64,000 bases of DNA from Macrostomum hystrix (taxonomy: Eukaryota; Animalia; Platyhelminthes). The notes beneath the pieces were generated by a model, which saw only the letters and a program-made list of their open reading frames with translations, did no database searches and was not told where the DNA came from. Shown in pieces: positions 20,663 through 33,107 of this stretch. Position numbers and translations under genes: made by a program. The stretch covers positions 6,882,001 to 6,946,000 of the forward strand of contig CATNEN010000039.1 in NCBI GenBank assembly GCA_950097015.1, written 5' to 3'. How positions within the stretch are numbered: position 1 is the first letter of the stretch; every line of letters starts with the position of its first letter.

Positions 20663-22585
20663 AATGGCCGATTTGGATCCTGCTTAGCTGGAAGAAGATA
20701 AATTAAACTGAGTAATCATTAGACCAAGTGAAAGCATAAGTTGGAGAATATTAAATTGCATTGTATTTACATTCCCTTTTACTAAAACTGGAACTAAATT
20801 TATACTTCAGAGTTCTTAAGTTGTGAAAGCCCTGAATACAAAGATAGAAATTTAAAGCTTGTGTAACAATCACATTGTGGCCAATATCACAAAAATAGTA
20901 ATCCTTTGCAAGAGAATTAAATGCTTATTTAGTGAAATCATCCCTTTACTAACTAAGCCTGATTGAGTGTTATTCACAAAGCTATCAAGCCTGCTTCTAT
21001 TTAAACAACAGCTGTGAGTAGGAGCCTAAAGTGAAATAGTCAACTAGAGTCTTAGACAAAGGTGAGTAAAGCATTAAGCATATCCTAATATGAACAAATG
21101 AACTATAATATTAATACCAATGGAAATGGATAGAAAACACTATAGTAACTTTATACTTGAATAAATTGAATAGTTAATATTAGCTACTCAATGATAGATT
21201 ATGCTTCCCTAGCAAATTGTGAAATATAATCCTCAACGCTCAACCCACAACAATCAAATGAACTATAATAATAATACCAACAGAAATGGATAGAAAACAT
21301 TTTAGCAACTCTAAACTGCTGTATGCTTCTTAGAAAGCATTGTGCCAGCTGTTTAACTACACTGGCAGCTAAATAAATAAATAGAGGCTTCTAGAACTTT
21401 GATCCAATAAAATAAAATATTTCGGGCATTAAATTACTCGTACTATAAACTTTACCCGTTGTCTGTTAAAGTGTAATTGTACTTAAAAATCATGTCATTG
21501 AAGTATCAGTAGTTGGTATAGGTTTGGTAATAGTTTTAGCATAACTATGTGATTTTACCAAATTTTATGAACAAGAAACGGCGGGCTGCCGTTAGTTTTA
21601 ACCTCGTTTCACCACGCGTAGGTTAACTACAAGATAGGCCTACAACGAACTGTTTCATGTAAAAACACTGATTCAAAGTTCCGTTATAAAGGTTTTACAA
21701 AAGTCTTTATACAAAGATTGTAATTTACACATTAAAAAACAAAAATAGTATGTTTTTATTTTTTTAGTTTTTCTTTAGTTTTTTTCACGCTTCAATTTAT
21801 GACAAACTTGTATTCTTTTTTAAGAGTGTTTATTTCCAGGAACTGGCCGTCGAACCAAGTGTTGATGTAATCATTTGTTTCTTATTTGGATCCTTCAGAC
21901 CATGTCGTTGATATTTTAAAGTTCCTTTAAGAGCGTTGCATTCGATCAATTTTTTAAAATCGAAGTATTGAAAATGCTTAACTTCTTTTGAGAAGTATAA
22001 ACTATGCTTTAAAAAATGGCGATATTTAAGAATAAACACACTGCTTGTATTAGAATAATATTTATTTAGCTTCGTTCCATAACTTTGTTCGTTTATATTT
22101 AGTTAGATTTTTATATTGAAATATTATAAAAAAGTAAAATTTTTCGACGCAACCTTAACATACTTATATAAAACCTTCACATGTTTATAAAGTAGTTGTT
22201 AGGAATAGACTAGTAAGCTACTAAAAATATTTAACTGTATTATTTCTTAATTTGCAAGTATTAAAGTTCTCAAGATAAATTGGAATAGTCAAGCTTTATC
22301 AATTAAAATAAAACTTAAAAAATTGGTTGAAAAATTGATTGCTCGTAGTCATAAAGAGGACAACTTGTCTGCTACCTGGCAAGGCCTAGGTAAATGAAAG
22401 CTAAGTTTGGTTGGTTTGTTACTTCTGTCATTTTTCTATGTCAAATTAGTAAAACTGTTTTAGAGATTAGCTAGGTGTTTCAAAATGCATGTATTTTATA
22501 AATAAATTAAAAATGAGTTTTTACTAGTTTTGATAGCATGGTCTATTTGAATTAGCTAGCTTAGTATTATAAAGTGTCACACAAA

Positions 22586-25500
22586 ATGAGCCAGGTTTGT
22601 ACTTTTTGTTTAGATATGAAGCTACCTAATACAGAACCACATAGCTAGAGAAATATATATGTTTACTGTATACTTTGAATAGTTAATATTAGCTAGGGCC
22701 TACTCAATGACTGATTATGCTTACATTGAAAGTGCTGAAAGAATCCTCAACTTTAGAACTAATCCAGAACTAATTGGCGATAATCCTCACTAAGCATCCC
22801 CTAGAAGATAATCTTCACCTAGCAAACACTGAGAGATCCTCACCTGGCAACAACAGAAAGATAATCCTTACATAGCTACTCCTAAAAGATAATATGTGCC
22901 TAGCAACTGAGAGATATTTCCCACTTAGCAACTGCTAGATAATCTTCTTCAGCAGCAAACTTATTTTAAACAGTTGTATAGTACTGCTGCGTTCTCTTAT
23001 TTTCGTCTTATCCTTAGCCAAGTTAACTGCTGTTTTGCAGATAAAAATAATTTTAACAAGGCCCTATTATTTTTCAGTCATCGCCAGACATCAATGGTAT
23101 TTCTCCGCGCAGCGGACCTCCGGGCACGTCTGTAGCGATACGCGGCACTTATCTCGGTAGCTCGCAGAGTAGCATTGTTGCTCTGTACATCTGCGGTTTC
23201 GACTGCACACTCTGGGCCGAATGGAAAAGCTCAAAGAAGATTGTGGCCATATCTGGCCAAACTAGGCTGGGTTCCGGCCAGATTGTATTGGTTCTGTTGA
23301 ATGAGCGTGGCGAGAAGGTTAAATGCAACTGCCTGGTCGAGTTCACTGTTGAAGCGCTCAGCGTCGGCCTCTGCGAGGAATGGGCGGTGTGGCCCGAATC
23401 GGATCGGAGTCTGTTTGAGGTGGGTCTGGCTTGCCAGTCGTTGCTCTTTGATTTTTCCGACATTATACCTGAACTCTTAACACAAAGATTTTAAGAACTT
23501 GGTCGCTATTAGCGGATTTTTTAGAAATGGCATAGAGTTTTTGGAATTCTTAGAAATATATGCTAACGGTAGTTTCTAAAAAATTTTAGAAATCATGATA
23601 CGAATTCTAAAAAACCGATTCTTCTTATTCTTACCTAAATTCTAAAAAGGATATTCTAGTCTGATTTCTTAAAAAGCTATGTTGACCTTAATTCTCTTTA
23701 TTCTAAGATATAGATGCTGACATAACGTCTAATGATAATTTAAGGTGCAATTTCTGAACCTATTCAATACAATGATCTAAACAGAGACAAAAAATAGTCG
23801 ATAATCAACAAGTATCATACTGGCTCGCCACTCGCTCTGCTAATTCGATCTGTTCTCCGAAATCAGCTCGCCCGCCCATCCGCGCCCGCCGCAGACACAG
23901 GAGCTGAAGCCGGCCGGCGGCGCTGGCAGCTCCGCAGCCGTTGATCCTCGCCGCGATCGTTCCGCGTCCGAGTCGGCGACGTCCGTCAACGCGGCCGTTG
24001 GGCCTGGCGGCGCAGGCGATCCGACCGCCGACCTGCTGAGCGCCAACTTTGATCCGGTGAAATTTCTACTGGCGCAATACCGCTCCAAATCTGCTGCCGA
24101 TTTGCAGAGAGAGGTTCGAAATTTACGGACTAGCGTTAACGCGGATCCGGCTCAGGCTGTCGGCTTCCTCAAGCCACATCTCAACGATGTGTTCAAGGTG
24201 CGTTTAAGGTCTGAGGGAGGTTGTTGCCTTGTGAGGAGGTTGCAGCCTTGTGAGGAGGTTGCAGCCTTGTGAGGAGGTTGTAGCCTTGTGAGGAGGTTGT
24301 AGCCTTGTGAGGAGGTTGCAGCCTTGTGAGGAGGTTGTAGCCTTGTGAGGAGGTTGCAGCCTTGTGAGGAGGTTGCAGCCTTGTGAGGAGGTTGTAGCCT
24401 TGTGAGGAGGTTGTAGCCTTGTGAGGAGGTTGTAGCCTTGTGAGGAGGTTGCAGCCTTGTGAGGAGGTTGTAGCCTTGTGAGGAGGTTGTAGCCTTGTGA
24501 GGAGGTTGCAGCCTTGTGAGGAGGTTGTAGCCTTGTGAGGAGGTTGTAGCCTTGTGAGGAGGTTGTATCCTTGTGAGGAGGTTGTAGCCTTGTGAGGAGG
24601 TTGCAGCCTTGTGAGGGGGTTGCAGCTTTGTGGTTAGAGAGTCGGACTCACGACTTGTAGGTCGGAGGTTTCGATCCTGACTCCACTGGAAAAATTTGTG
24701 TCCTATAGCCAGACAGTTAACTCTGCATCGCTACAGTTTACCCAGCTGTTAAATGGGTAAAAGCATCAGCTGGGGTAATTGAGGATGGGTGTGGCGTCCC
24801 CCCAGTCAATGGACTGAACAGCTGTACGCAGCCTTCAGATTTCCCGCGCAATAGCTTCGGCTGTGAAGGTTGCTTTTAACGAAACGTTCAGAATTGCCTC
24901 CTCGCTGGCTGCGGGTCTAGTGTCACCAAATAATGTGCCACAGCCCATAGCTCTCCTGCAAATATTATAATTAATATTATTATGAATCAGACTGAGGGTC
25001 AGTATTTAAATAATTTAAACATCGTCAATGTCGGACTTCAGGGCCTGGACGAGCTGGACAGCCTTCGCCGCCTGGCGGAGCAGGAGCGCAGCCAGCTGCT
25101 AGCCAATAGCACCGACACTCAGCGCCTTCTTCGCGACTGCAATCGCATCGCTGGCGAACTGTTCCAGGCGGCCCTGAATCGCAAGGATCACACTGACACC
25201 CTGCGCAACGCCATCCACGTAATGGAGAAGTCTAGGGGCCTGTTTAACCTGCCAGGCGTGTTGGACGCCCACATGCGGGCTGACAATCACAAGCTGGCCA
25301 TCGATGAGTACCTGCGAGGCAAGGCCCGGTACGGCTCCACCAGGGTGCCGACCTTCCAGCGAGTCTGGGAACAGGTGCGAGGATTCGTTTCTCAGTTCAT
25401 TCCTGTCAGTTTGAGTTCATTCCTGTCAGTTTGAGTCCATTCCTGTCAGTTTGAGTTCATTCCTGTCAGTTTGAGTCATTTCATGTCAGTTTGAGTTCAT

Positions 25501-28500
25501 TCCTGTCAGTTTGAGTCCATTCCTGTCAGTTTGAGTTCATTCCTGTCAGTTTGAGTTCATTCCTGTCAGTTTGAGTCTATTCCTGTCAGTTTGAGTTTGA
25601 GTTCATCGTCATTCCTGTCAACTTGAGTTAATTTCTGTCAATTTTAGCTTGAGCTTGTGTTCCATCCTGTCAGATTGAGCTTGAGTTCATTTCTGTCAGT
25701 TTGAGCATGATCTCAGTCTTGTCAAACAGTAACAGGCTCTGGCAGTTTTAATGAACAAACTATCTGGCAGGTGGAATCCCGTGCCACCGTACTGCGCAAA
25801 AAGCTGCTCAACCGGTTGATGCCTCCAGCGCCTCTTCACGAATCAACGGATACGGATTCCAGCTCCGCGAAATCCTGGGAGCAGCAGCAGCAGCAGCCAG
25901 GTCTAGACGGTCCCCTATCCGTGGAGCAGCACACCTATCTGGTTCGTCAACTGCAGCGCCTCGGCGTTGCGCGAGCAGCCGATGACAGCCTGGCCTACCT
26001 GCGCCAGCGCTACCTGGCGGCTTGGTGGCGGCGTCACCGCCTGGGTGAATTCCTGCGCCACTACTCCAGACTGCTTGCTGAGCTAGGTGAGTCAAAACCA
26101 GTTTATCCATTGAGTCTGGGGCTGCGATTCGAACTCCAGACCTCTCAGTCGGAACTTGAAAATTCGAAGGTTTTATCACTGGAGCACTGTCTCCCTCACT
26201 GATGACAAATCTTATCCCTTGATACAAGAGGCAGCGAGGTTCTCGAAGGTCGGGGGTTCGATTCCTGACTTCACTGGAACAATTTTAGTCCTTTAGCAAG
26301 ACAGTTGAGTCTGCATTGCTTCAGTTCACCCAGCTGTGAATTAATGGGTACCGGCATCAGCTGGGGTAATTGAGGGTGTGGGTGTTGTACACCCCAGTGT
26401 ACACCCCGCAATAGCTTCGGCTGTGCTGTCGGCCGCATGTCTGTCCCGATTTGGGCAGGTGTAATCACTTATTACTATTTTTACAATTAATGAGTTTTAT
26501 CTAATACTGCTCAAAGGCGTCTCAAACAGCTCGGCCAGCTCAGATGAGTCCGTTAGTCCGCTGGGCCAGCTGGCTATCGATTGGGTTCATCTTCAACAGA
26601 CTCGCTTGGGCATCGCCGACAAAAACAACATGTCCGACGAAGCCGACAACCGGGACAACGACGGCGAGAAGGATTACGGTGACGCCGGCGCCGAGTGCCG
26701 GCTGATGCGCGAAAACTTGGCTGGCGTGTCGGCGGCGTTCGTCGGCGCCTCGGCCGGGAGCCAGCTGACGAGTTTCACCTCGCGCCTCCGTCTGCGCTAC
26801 CTCAGCCAGCTGCGCAGCCAGTACATCAAGGAGGTGGCCGGCCTGAGGGCCAACGACGACTGGGCAGCTTCAGCGGATGGCGGCGGCGGTGGCGGCGGCA
26901 GCGGCGTGGGAGCCCACAGTCAGCTGCCGTTGGTTTATGAAAAATTAGTTAACGACTTTCTTACCTTGCTAGCCGAGTGCCTTCAGCCCGCTAATGAAAT
27001 TGAGCTCACCTTCGAGGTATTTGGGAGTTTGTCTAAAACAGACATTTATTTATTTGAATTCCTGATTGTTGAAATGCCTTCTCCGCCGCAGGTGATCCGC
27101 AGCCGCTGGGGTCAGCAGATCCGCGATGCCGTGGCAGCTTTGATGTCCAGCTTCTGCGACCGGCTCAGGCAGCAGCTTCCGGCTGTCGCCTCCGGCACGA
27201 CTGTCTCCGCGAGCTCGTCTGGTGTTGCTTTGAGCTCGGCTGCTCAGCAACAGCCGCAGCCGCAGCAGTGCAGCCGCCTGCTGGCTGTTCATTGCGATGC
27301 CAGCTTCGCTTGCCGACATCCGAATAGGCGGATCTTGGCCTCGCTGCGGGCCGAGGGTCACTCGGGTCTGCAGTGCAAATCCTCCTGTTTCAGCCTTCAA
27401 ATCCTAATATTTCAGCGTTCAAATCCTAATATTTCAGCCTTCAAATCCTAATATTTCAGCCTTCAAATCGTAATATTTCAGCCTTCAAATCCACAAATTT
27501 CAGCCTTGAAATCCTAATATTTCAGCCTTGAAATCCTAATATTTCTGCTTTGAAATCCTAATATTTCAGCCTTGAAATCCTAATATTTCAGCCTTGAAAT
27601 CCTCATATTTCTGCCTTCAAATCCTAATATTTCAGCCTTGAAATCCTAATATTTCAGCCTTCAAATCCGCAAATTTCAGCCTTCAAATCCTAATATTTCT
27701 GCCTTCAAATCTACCTATTTCAGCCTTCAAATCCACAAATTTCAGCCTTCGATCCTCATATTTCAACCTCCGATCCTCCAGTCAGACCTAAATCACTAAA
27801 ATCTTCCACTTCAGACCTGGAGTCGGTTGCCGCCAAAGTGGAGGCCTACTACGGTGCTTTCCTAGACGAACTGAAGGCCGCCTACGTTGAGGAGAAGGCC
27901 CGGGCAATCTACGGTCCCCTTGAAGCAAAAATGTTGCGCGCCGGTTTCACCTGGGCCAGGTGTGCGCCACCTGCGGCTCCGCGTCTCTACGTGCGCGACG
28001 CCCTGCACTCGGTTGGCGAGGTTCTCGCCGAAATTGGCGCCCTGGGCGCCGGCAGCTCGCCGTCGGCCCTGGACGACGCGCAGAAGCCGGAAGCTGAGCA
28101 GAATTTGTCGGCTCTTATTGGCAGCAAGGCCTACGCCGAGGATGTGCTCAAGCAGGTGGTCTGTCTACTCGTGCAGGAGCTGCACCGCTGCTTCATGTCC
28201 GTGCCTGCCTGGTGCCATAATGGACGGCTACAGGTGAGCCAAATAAGCCACTGGCACTACTGGCCGTTCCGCCATTTCTTAGCCACTGGCATTCCGCCAT
28301 TTCTCAGCCATCCGCATTCCGCCATTTTTCAGCCGTTGGCATTCCGCCATTTCTCAGCCACTGGCATTCCGCCATTTCTCAGCCATCCGCATTCCGCCAT
28401 TTTTCAGCCGTTGGCATTCCGCCATTTCTTAGCCCCTGGCATTCCGCTATCTCTCATCAGCTACTGGCACTGTTCCATCCGCTATTTTTCTGCCACTGAC

Positions 28501-29300
28501 AATAGTCCGTTCCGCCATTTCTCAGCCACTGGCATTCAGCCATTTCTCAGTCACTGGCATTCCGCTATTTCTCAGCCACTGGCATTCCGCCATTTCTCAG
28601 CCACTGGCATTCCGCTATTTCTTAGCCATTGGCATTCCGCTATTTCTTAGCCATTGGCATTCCGCCATTTCTCAGCCACTGGCATTCCGCCATTTCTCAG
28701 CCATTGGCATTCCGCTATTTCTTAGCCACTGGCATTCCACCATTTCTCAGCCATTGGCATTCCGCCATTTCTCAGCCATTGGCATTCCGCCATTTCTCAG
28801 CCATTGGCATTCCGCTATTTCTTAGCCACTGGCATTCCGCTATTTCTTAGCCACTGGCATTCCGCTATTTCTTAGCCACTGGCATTCCGCTATTTCTTAG
28901 CCACTGGCATTCCGCCATTTCTCAGCCACTGGCATTCCGCTATTTCTTAGCCACTGGCATTCCACCATTTCTCAGCCATTGGCATTCCGCCATTCAGCCG
29001 TTGGCATTCCGCCATTCAGCCGTTGGCATTCCGCCATTCAGCCGTTGGCATTCCGCCATTTCAAAGCGGCTGGCATTACGCCATTTTTTGTTGCAGGCCT
29101 ACCTTGATGTTCGCGTGCTGGACGACCTGCTTGGCCCGTACCTGAGCTACGAGTCCCGTACTCAGCTGAGATCAATCTACAGTGCCATCAACTCTGAGTC
29201 GGGCAGAACAGTGCTCAGCCTCACAGCGGATGAGACCCAGTTTGTTGATCGCATTGTTCGGCAGGAACGTCAGTTCCTGTCTGCCGCACTGGGCAAATAA
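22586..29300 (+). CDS. EXOC2: Exocyst complex component 2 (Sec5), about 9 coding exons
   Basis: Exons: 22586-22594 (MSQ, tentative), 23078-23419, ~23895-24197, 25042-25374, 25771-26086, 26517-27016, 27092-~27365, 27815-28233, 29097-29300. N-terminal IPT/Ral-binding domain PDINGISPRSGPPGTSVAIRGTYLG..ICGFDCTLWAEWKSSKKIV. Other Sec5 motifs: LFNLP..AIDEYLRGK..FQRVWEQVE, PRLYVRDALHSVGEVLAE, NGRLQAYLDV. Confidence 0.92.
24213..24632. repeat. 19-bp minisatellite (GCCTTGTGAGGAGGTTGYA) in an EXOC2 intron
   Basis: About 21 tandem copies begin just after the donor at 24198 and run into a SINE head. Confidence 0.95.
24615..24982 (+). mobile_element. tRNA-derived SINE, family A (this copy carries a family-B tail)
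   Basis: A-box-like GCAGCTTTGTGGTTAG, B-box-like GGTTTCGATCC, core CAGTTTACCCAGCTGTTAAATGGGTA..CATCAGCTGGGGTAA shared with other copies, and a (TAT)n-like end. Confidence 0.75.
25392..25710. repeat. 20-bp minisatellite (TTCCTGTCAGTTTGAGTTCA) in an EXOC2 intron
   Basis: Tandem copies decay toward the 3' end. Confidence 0.9.
26228..26485 (+). mobile_element. tRNA-derived SINE, family A
   Basis: GGTCGGGGGTTCGATTCC B-box, GCAAGACAGTTGA..GCTTCAGTTCACCCAGCTGT..ATGGGTACCGGCATCAGCTGGGGTAA core, GGGCAGGTGTAAT tail. Confidence 0.75.
27378..27780. repeat. 22-bp minisatellite (TTCAAATCCTAATATTTCAGCC) filling an EXOC2 intron
   Basis: Tandem copies lie between the donor at ~27366 and the acceptor at 27814. 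Confidence 0.92.
28245..29085. repeat. 25-bp minisatellite (GGCATTCCGCCATTTCTCAGCCACT) filling the last EXOC2 intron
   Basis: Tandem copies lie between the donor at 28234 and the acceptor at 29096. Confidence 0.92.
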
Positions 29301-29744
29301 AACTTTGAGCCATTGCGTTAATGTCTGTTGCCATGGTATCCGCCGAGTACGCTGTGATTCCTGTGACCTCTAATTTAGATTCAGTTGTCTCAGATTCCAA
29401 TTTTTAGCAGCCAAATTATTTAGTGATGCTGCTGCTTCGTTTTGTCATCGTTGATTCTCACGGTATTTCGCTACAGATTTCCAGTTGTGCTGCTAATTGA
29501 TGCAAAAATACCCAATCAAATGCAATAGGAATGATATATCTTAAAACTATTGTAGCGTTTCTTATAATTTTGAATTTGGTTTGAATACTATAAATGAAAC
29601 TATAACCAATTTTTTAACATGCACACAATTTACTCGAGTTTGTTGCATGCTTAGTTAAAAATATTTCAATACCATTTGAGCCTTTCTTAATTAATTATTT
29701 CTGCATTGTTTGTTGGCATCTGTCTTAGTGTCTTCTTTAAGGAA

Positions 29745-30295
29745 GAGAATTGAAAAATCCGGAGATTTGAAAAAGATTTGAAAACCTCAAAGAATTGAAA
29801 AACTCAAAGAATTGAAAAACTCAAAGAATTGAAAAACTCAGAGAATTGAAAAACTCAAAGAATTAAAAAAGTTCAGAATTGAAAAATTCAGAGAATTGGA
29901 AAAATCTAAGAATTGAAATTTGTAGAAATTTAAAACTCAGAATTAAAAAAATTGTGAAAAAAAAATCGGAGAATTGAAGAATTCAAAGAATTAAAAAGTT
30001 CAGAATTGAAAAATTCAGAGAATTGAGAAATTCTGAGAATTGAGAGATTCAGAGAATTGAAAAATTCAGAGAATTGAAAAACTCAGAGAATTGAGAAATT
30101 CTGACAATTAGAAAGTTGAGAATTGAAAAATTCAGAGAATTGAAAAGTTCAGAGAATTAAGAAATTCAGAGAATTAAGAAACTCAGAGAATTGAAAAATT
30201 CTGAGAATTGAAAAAAACTAAGAAAAATTACAGAGAATTAAAAATAGTGGCGAACTTGAAAATTCAGAAAACTGAAAAACTCTAGGAATAAAAAA
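29745..30295. repeat. About 17-bp A-rich minisatellite (AGAATTGAAAAATTCAG)
   Basis: Degenerate tandem copies between the convergent EXOC2 and Kv2 3' ends. Confidence 0.85.
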
Positions 30296-31059
30296 TTCAC
30301 AGGGAAATGTAAAAAATTAGAGAGTCAGAAAATGTAATAAAAATTGACGCAAGTAAAGAGGCGATATGTTGTGGTGTTTTTTGGACCTATTTTATAAATT
30401 ACTCTAAACAAGAGAGGAAAAATACAAGCGTTTTATTACTTCTTATTGGCTTGGCGTGCAAAAGAGCATGGTGCCGATTGTGGAACAGAAGGTTCTTGAC
30501 AGAAAAATCAGTGCCTCTTCTTCTACTGCTAGTGTACAAGGCTTTATGAGTGACAGCAATCAAATGGTTGATTTTGGCACTTGTAATAGTACTAATAGCC
30601 TTGTAATCTGTCATAATCATAGTGTTCATCGATTAGCAATAGCAAAAAATGTACAGCAAACGCAATAGAAAAAGGTTATAAATAAAATAACAGTGGTGAA
30701 ATTTGTTTAAATAAAGAACTAAATTGTGGCGCGAATTAGAATGATTTACTGCTCGAAATTGTGAGAGAAGCTTCGATTAAAAACACGTCGAAACAGAAAT
30801 CTTTGAGGTACAGTGCAAGTAGAACCATGTGCTTGTCTGTTTGCTGGCTTATTACTTATGCTTTCGAACAAATTAAGGGCTTTCAGAGCCATCTATATTT
30901 TTAATTGGTGCCTTCAAAATCTTTATATTTAGTACAATAAAATTATAATAAAACCGAAATTAACTACTGTAAGCTCAACTTTAAGAGTAAATTTAGACAG
31001 TCGCTTGGTAAAAGCTGACATAAAAATATGGGGATTTTTAAAGAAAGTCTTTAAGGAAA

Positions 31060-31325
31060 TGGGGATCTTGTAACCGAGTGGTTTAAGCTCTAGGCCGGCT
31101 TCTGAATGAGTGGTCGAGAGTTCGAACCTTCCAGGTTAAAAATTAATGATCGCTAAGCAAGACACTTGATTTCCTACGTGCTTCAGTTCGAGTTCACCCC
31201 TGTATGATCAGCAGGGGGTAGAAATTTGGTTGGGTGCTGCCGCCCTACAACCCCATAACCCCCAAGTCCACGGACTGAACAGCTGTTCGCAGCCTTGTAA
31301 GCGGCGGTGCCGCTGGCTGCACACC
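31060..31325 (+). mobile_element. Diverged tRNA-derived SINE, family A
   Basis: TAACCGAGTGGTTTAAG A-box, AGTTCGAACC B-box, GCAAGACACTTGA..GCTTCAGTTC, CCACGGACTGAACAGCTGTTCGCAGCCTT. Confidence 0.6.
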
Positions 31326-31381
31326 AAAGAGAAAAAGTGAATGAACTCGAATAAGTTCAAAGCAATGTTGCTTGACCAGTT

Positions 31382-33075
31382 TTAATCTTCGTGAGTCTTC
31401 GCCGCCACATCCGCCGTAGTCGCTGCAGTCGTCGCCGATTCTACCGAGGCAGTCGCCGCCGAAGCCAGAGCAGTCGATGAGTTCGCTGCCAATGATGCTG
31501 GCGGAACCAGAGCCGCAGCCGGCGCAGCAGCGTTGGCCAGAGTCTCGTCAATGCTTCGCCGTCGAATCAAGCTGGAGCCGCCGGCTGTGTCCCAGGTCTC
31601 GGCTATCACCGTCATTTTGGCTGCTGACGAGTGCCGTTTCAGGATGCCCGGCGGCTGCTGCTGCTGACGGCGCTGCTGGCTCGGCGAGGCCAGCGGGCTG
31701 ACCCCGGCGCTGGCGGTGTGTCGCCACGGCAGCGAGCGGCGCGGCTGGTGATAGTGCGGATGCGGCAGGAGTCGCCTTGTCTGGTCTGTCGGGTTAGGAG
31801 AGAATTAAGAATGCGTTATACGCTGCGTGCCTACGTGAAGGTCGGAGGTTCGAATCCGGCCTCTACTAGATCAGTCTGTGTTCTTTAGCAACACAACGAA
31901 CCCAATACTGCTTCAGTTCACCTAGAGGTTTTCTGAATGGGTACCAGCATTAGCCGGGGTATTTGAGGGTGGGTGTGGCGACACTACCCCAGTCCATGGA
32001 CTGAACAGCCGTACGCAGCCTTCAGATGATCTGACTGCAGTTGCGGGCAGGTGTAATTAATTAATAGTAACAATCGAATTTTCATATTCATGTATTTTTT
32101 AGCTTTAAGACTAGGTTGTAGCCTACAGTGGTTGAGCACTGGACTTCAAGCCAAGAAGTCGAGAACTCGACTCCTAGTCCAGAGGAAAACACCTTTGCCC
32201 TCGAGTAAGCTTGAGTGTTGAACAGCAATAAATGAGATAATTTCAAAGTTGGATAGCGTAAAAAGAGTAGCAAAAAGTTTCTGCAAAGTAAAGCCGAGAT
32301 TTTGCTTGGAGGGCGTTGGCGCTCAGTCTGACTACTTTAAGTTGTGTAGAAGTACTAAAAATAAAAAACTGACTCTTACAAAAAAGAATTGCGACGTAGT
32401 AAACATATTCAAGTCTAGACAAAAGTACAAACCAGACGGTCAGCGCGATTTGAAAATGAAATGTTACCATCAGACATAGGCGACCCTCTGTTCTTGGCTG
32501 CTCGATTGCAGCTCTAAGATTGTTTGGGAAAATATCAATGCATGCCCTTGTGCTCTTGACTATTTGAAATTATCATATTGGACTCATCATTCTTAAACAG
32601 AGATAATGAATTCGAATATTCACACACCTCCAACATAAAGGTCGGGACACTAGGATAATGAAGGTCGGGATTCCCCTCTAGGATAATGAAGGTCGGGATT
32701 CCCCACTAGGATCTTTATGATAATATAGGTCGGGATTCTCTTCTATGATACTGAAGTTCGGGATTCTCCTATTTGATAATGAAGGTCGGAATCACCCCTT
32801 CTTAAGATTGGCACAGCTGTCGTGTAACTCACCGGCCGACTCCATAATGTCGACCGACCGCCTCTTGCCTCTGTCATCAGCGGCGGCGCCGCTGCCGCTG
32901 AAGAATCGGCTGAGACCTCCGAGTAACGGCGATGCCGACGGCGACGGCGTGTGCGAACCTTCCGAGGGTGGCTCGGCAAACTGGATCTTGTCGCGACGCT
33001 GCCGAGTTCTGGGCGTGCCGGGCCCCCCTGCACCTGGTGTCGACGGCGGTGACACCGTAGTTGTCACAACTGGCA

Positions 33076-33107
<32 letters not shown>

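Noticed and set aside
21096-22750. Short direct duplications (~21096/21256 and ~21155/22670)
   Set aside because: AT-rich degraded repeats with no termini or assignable function.
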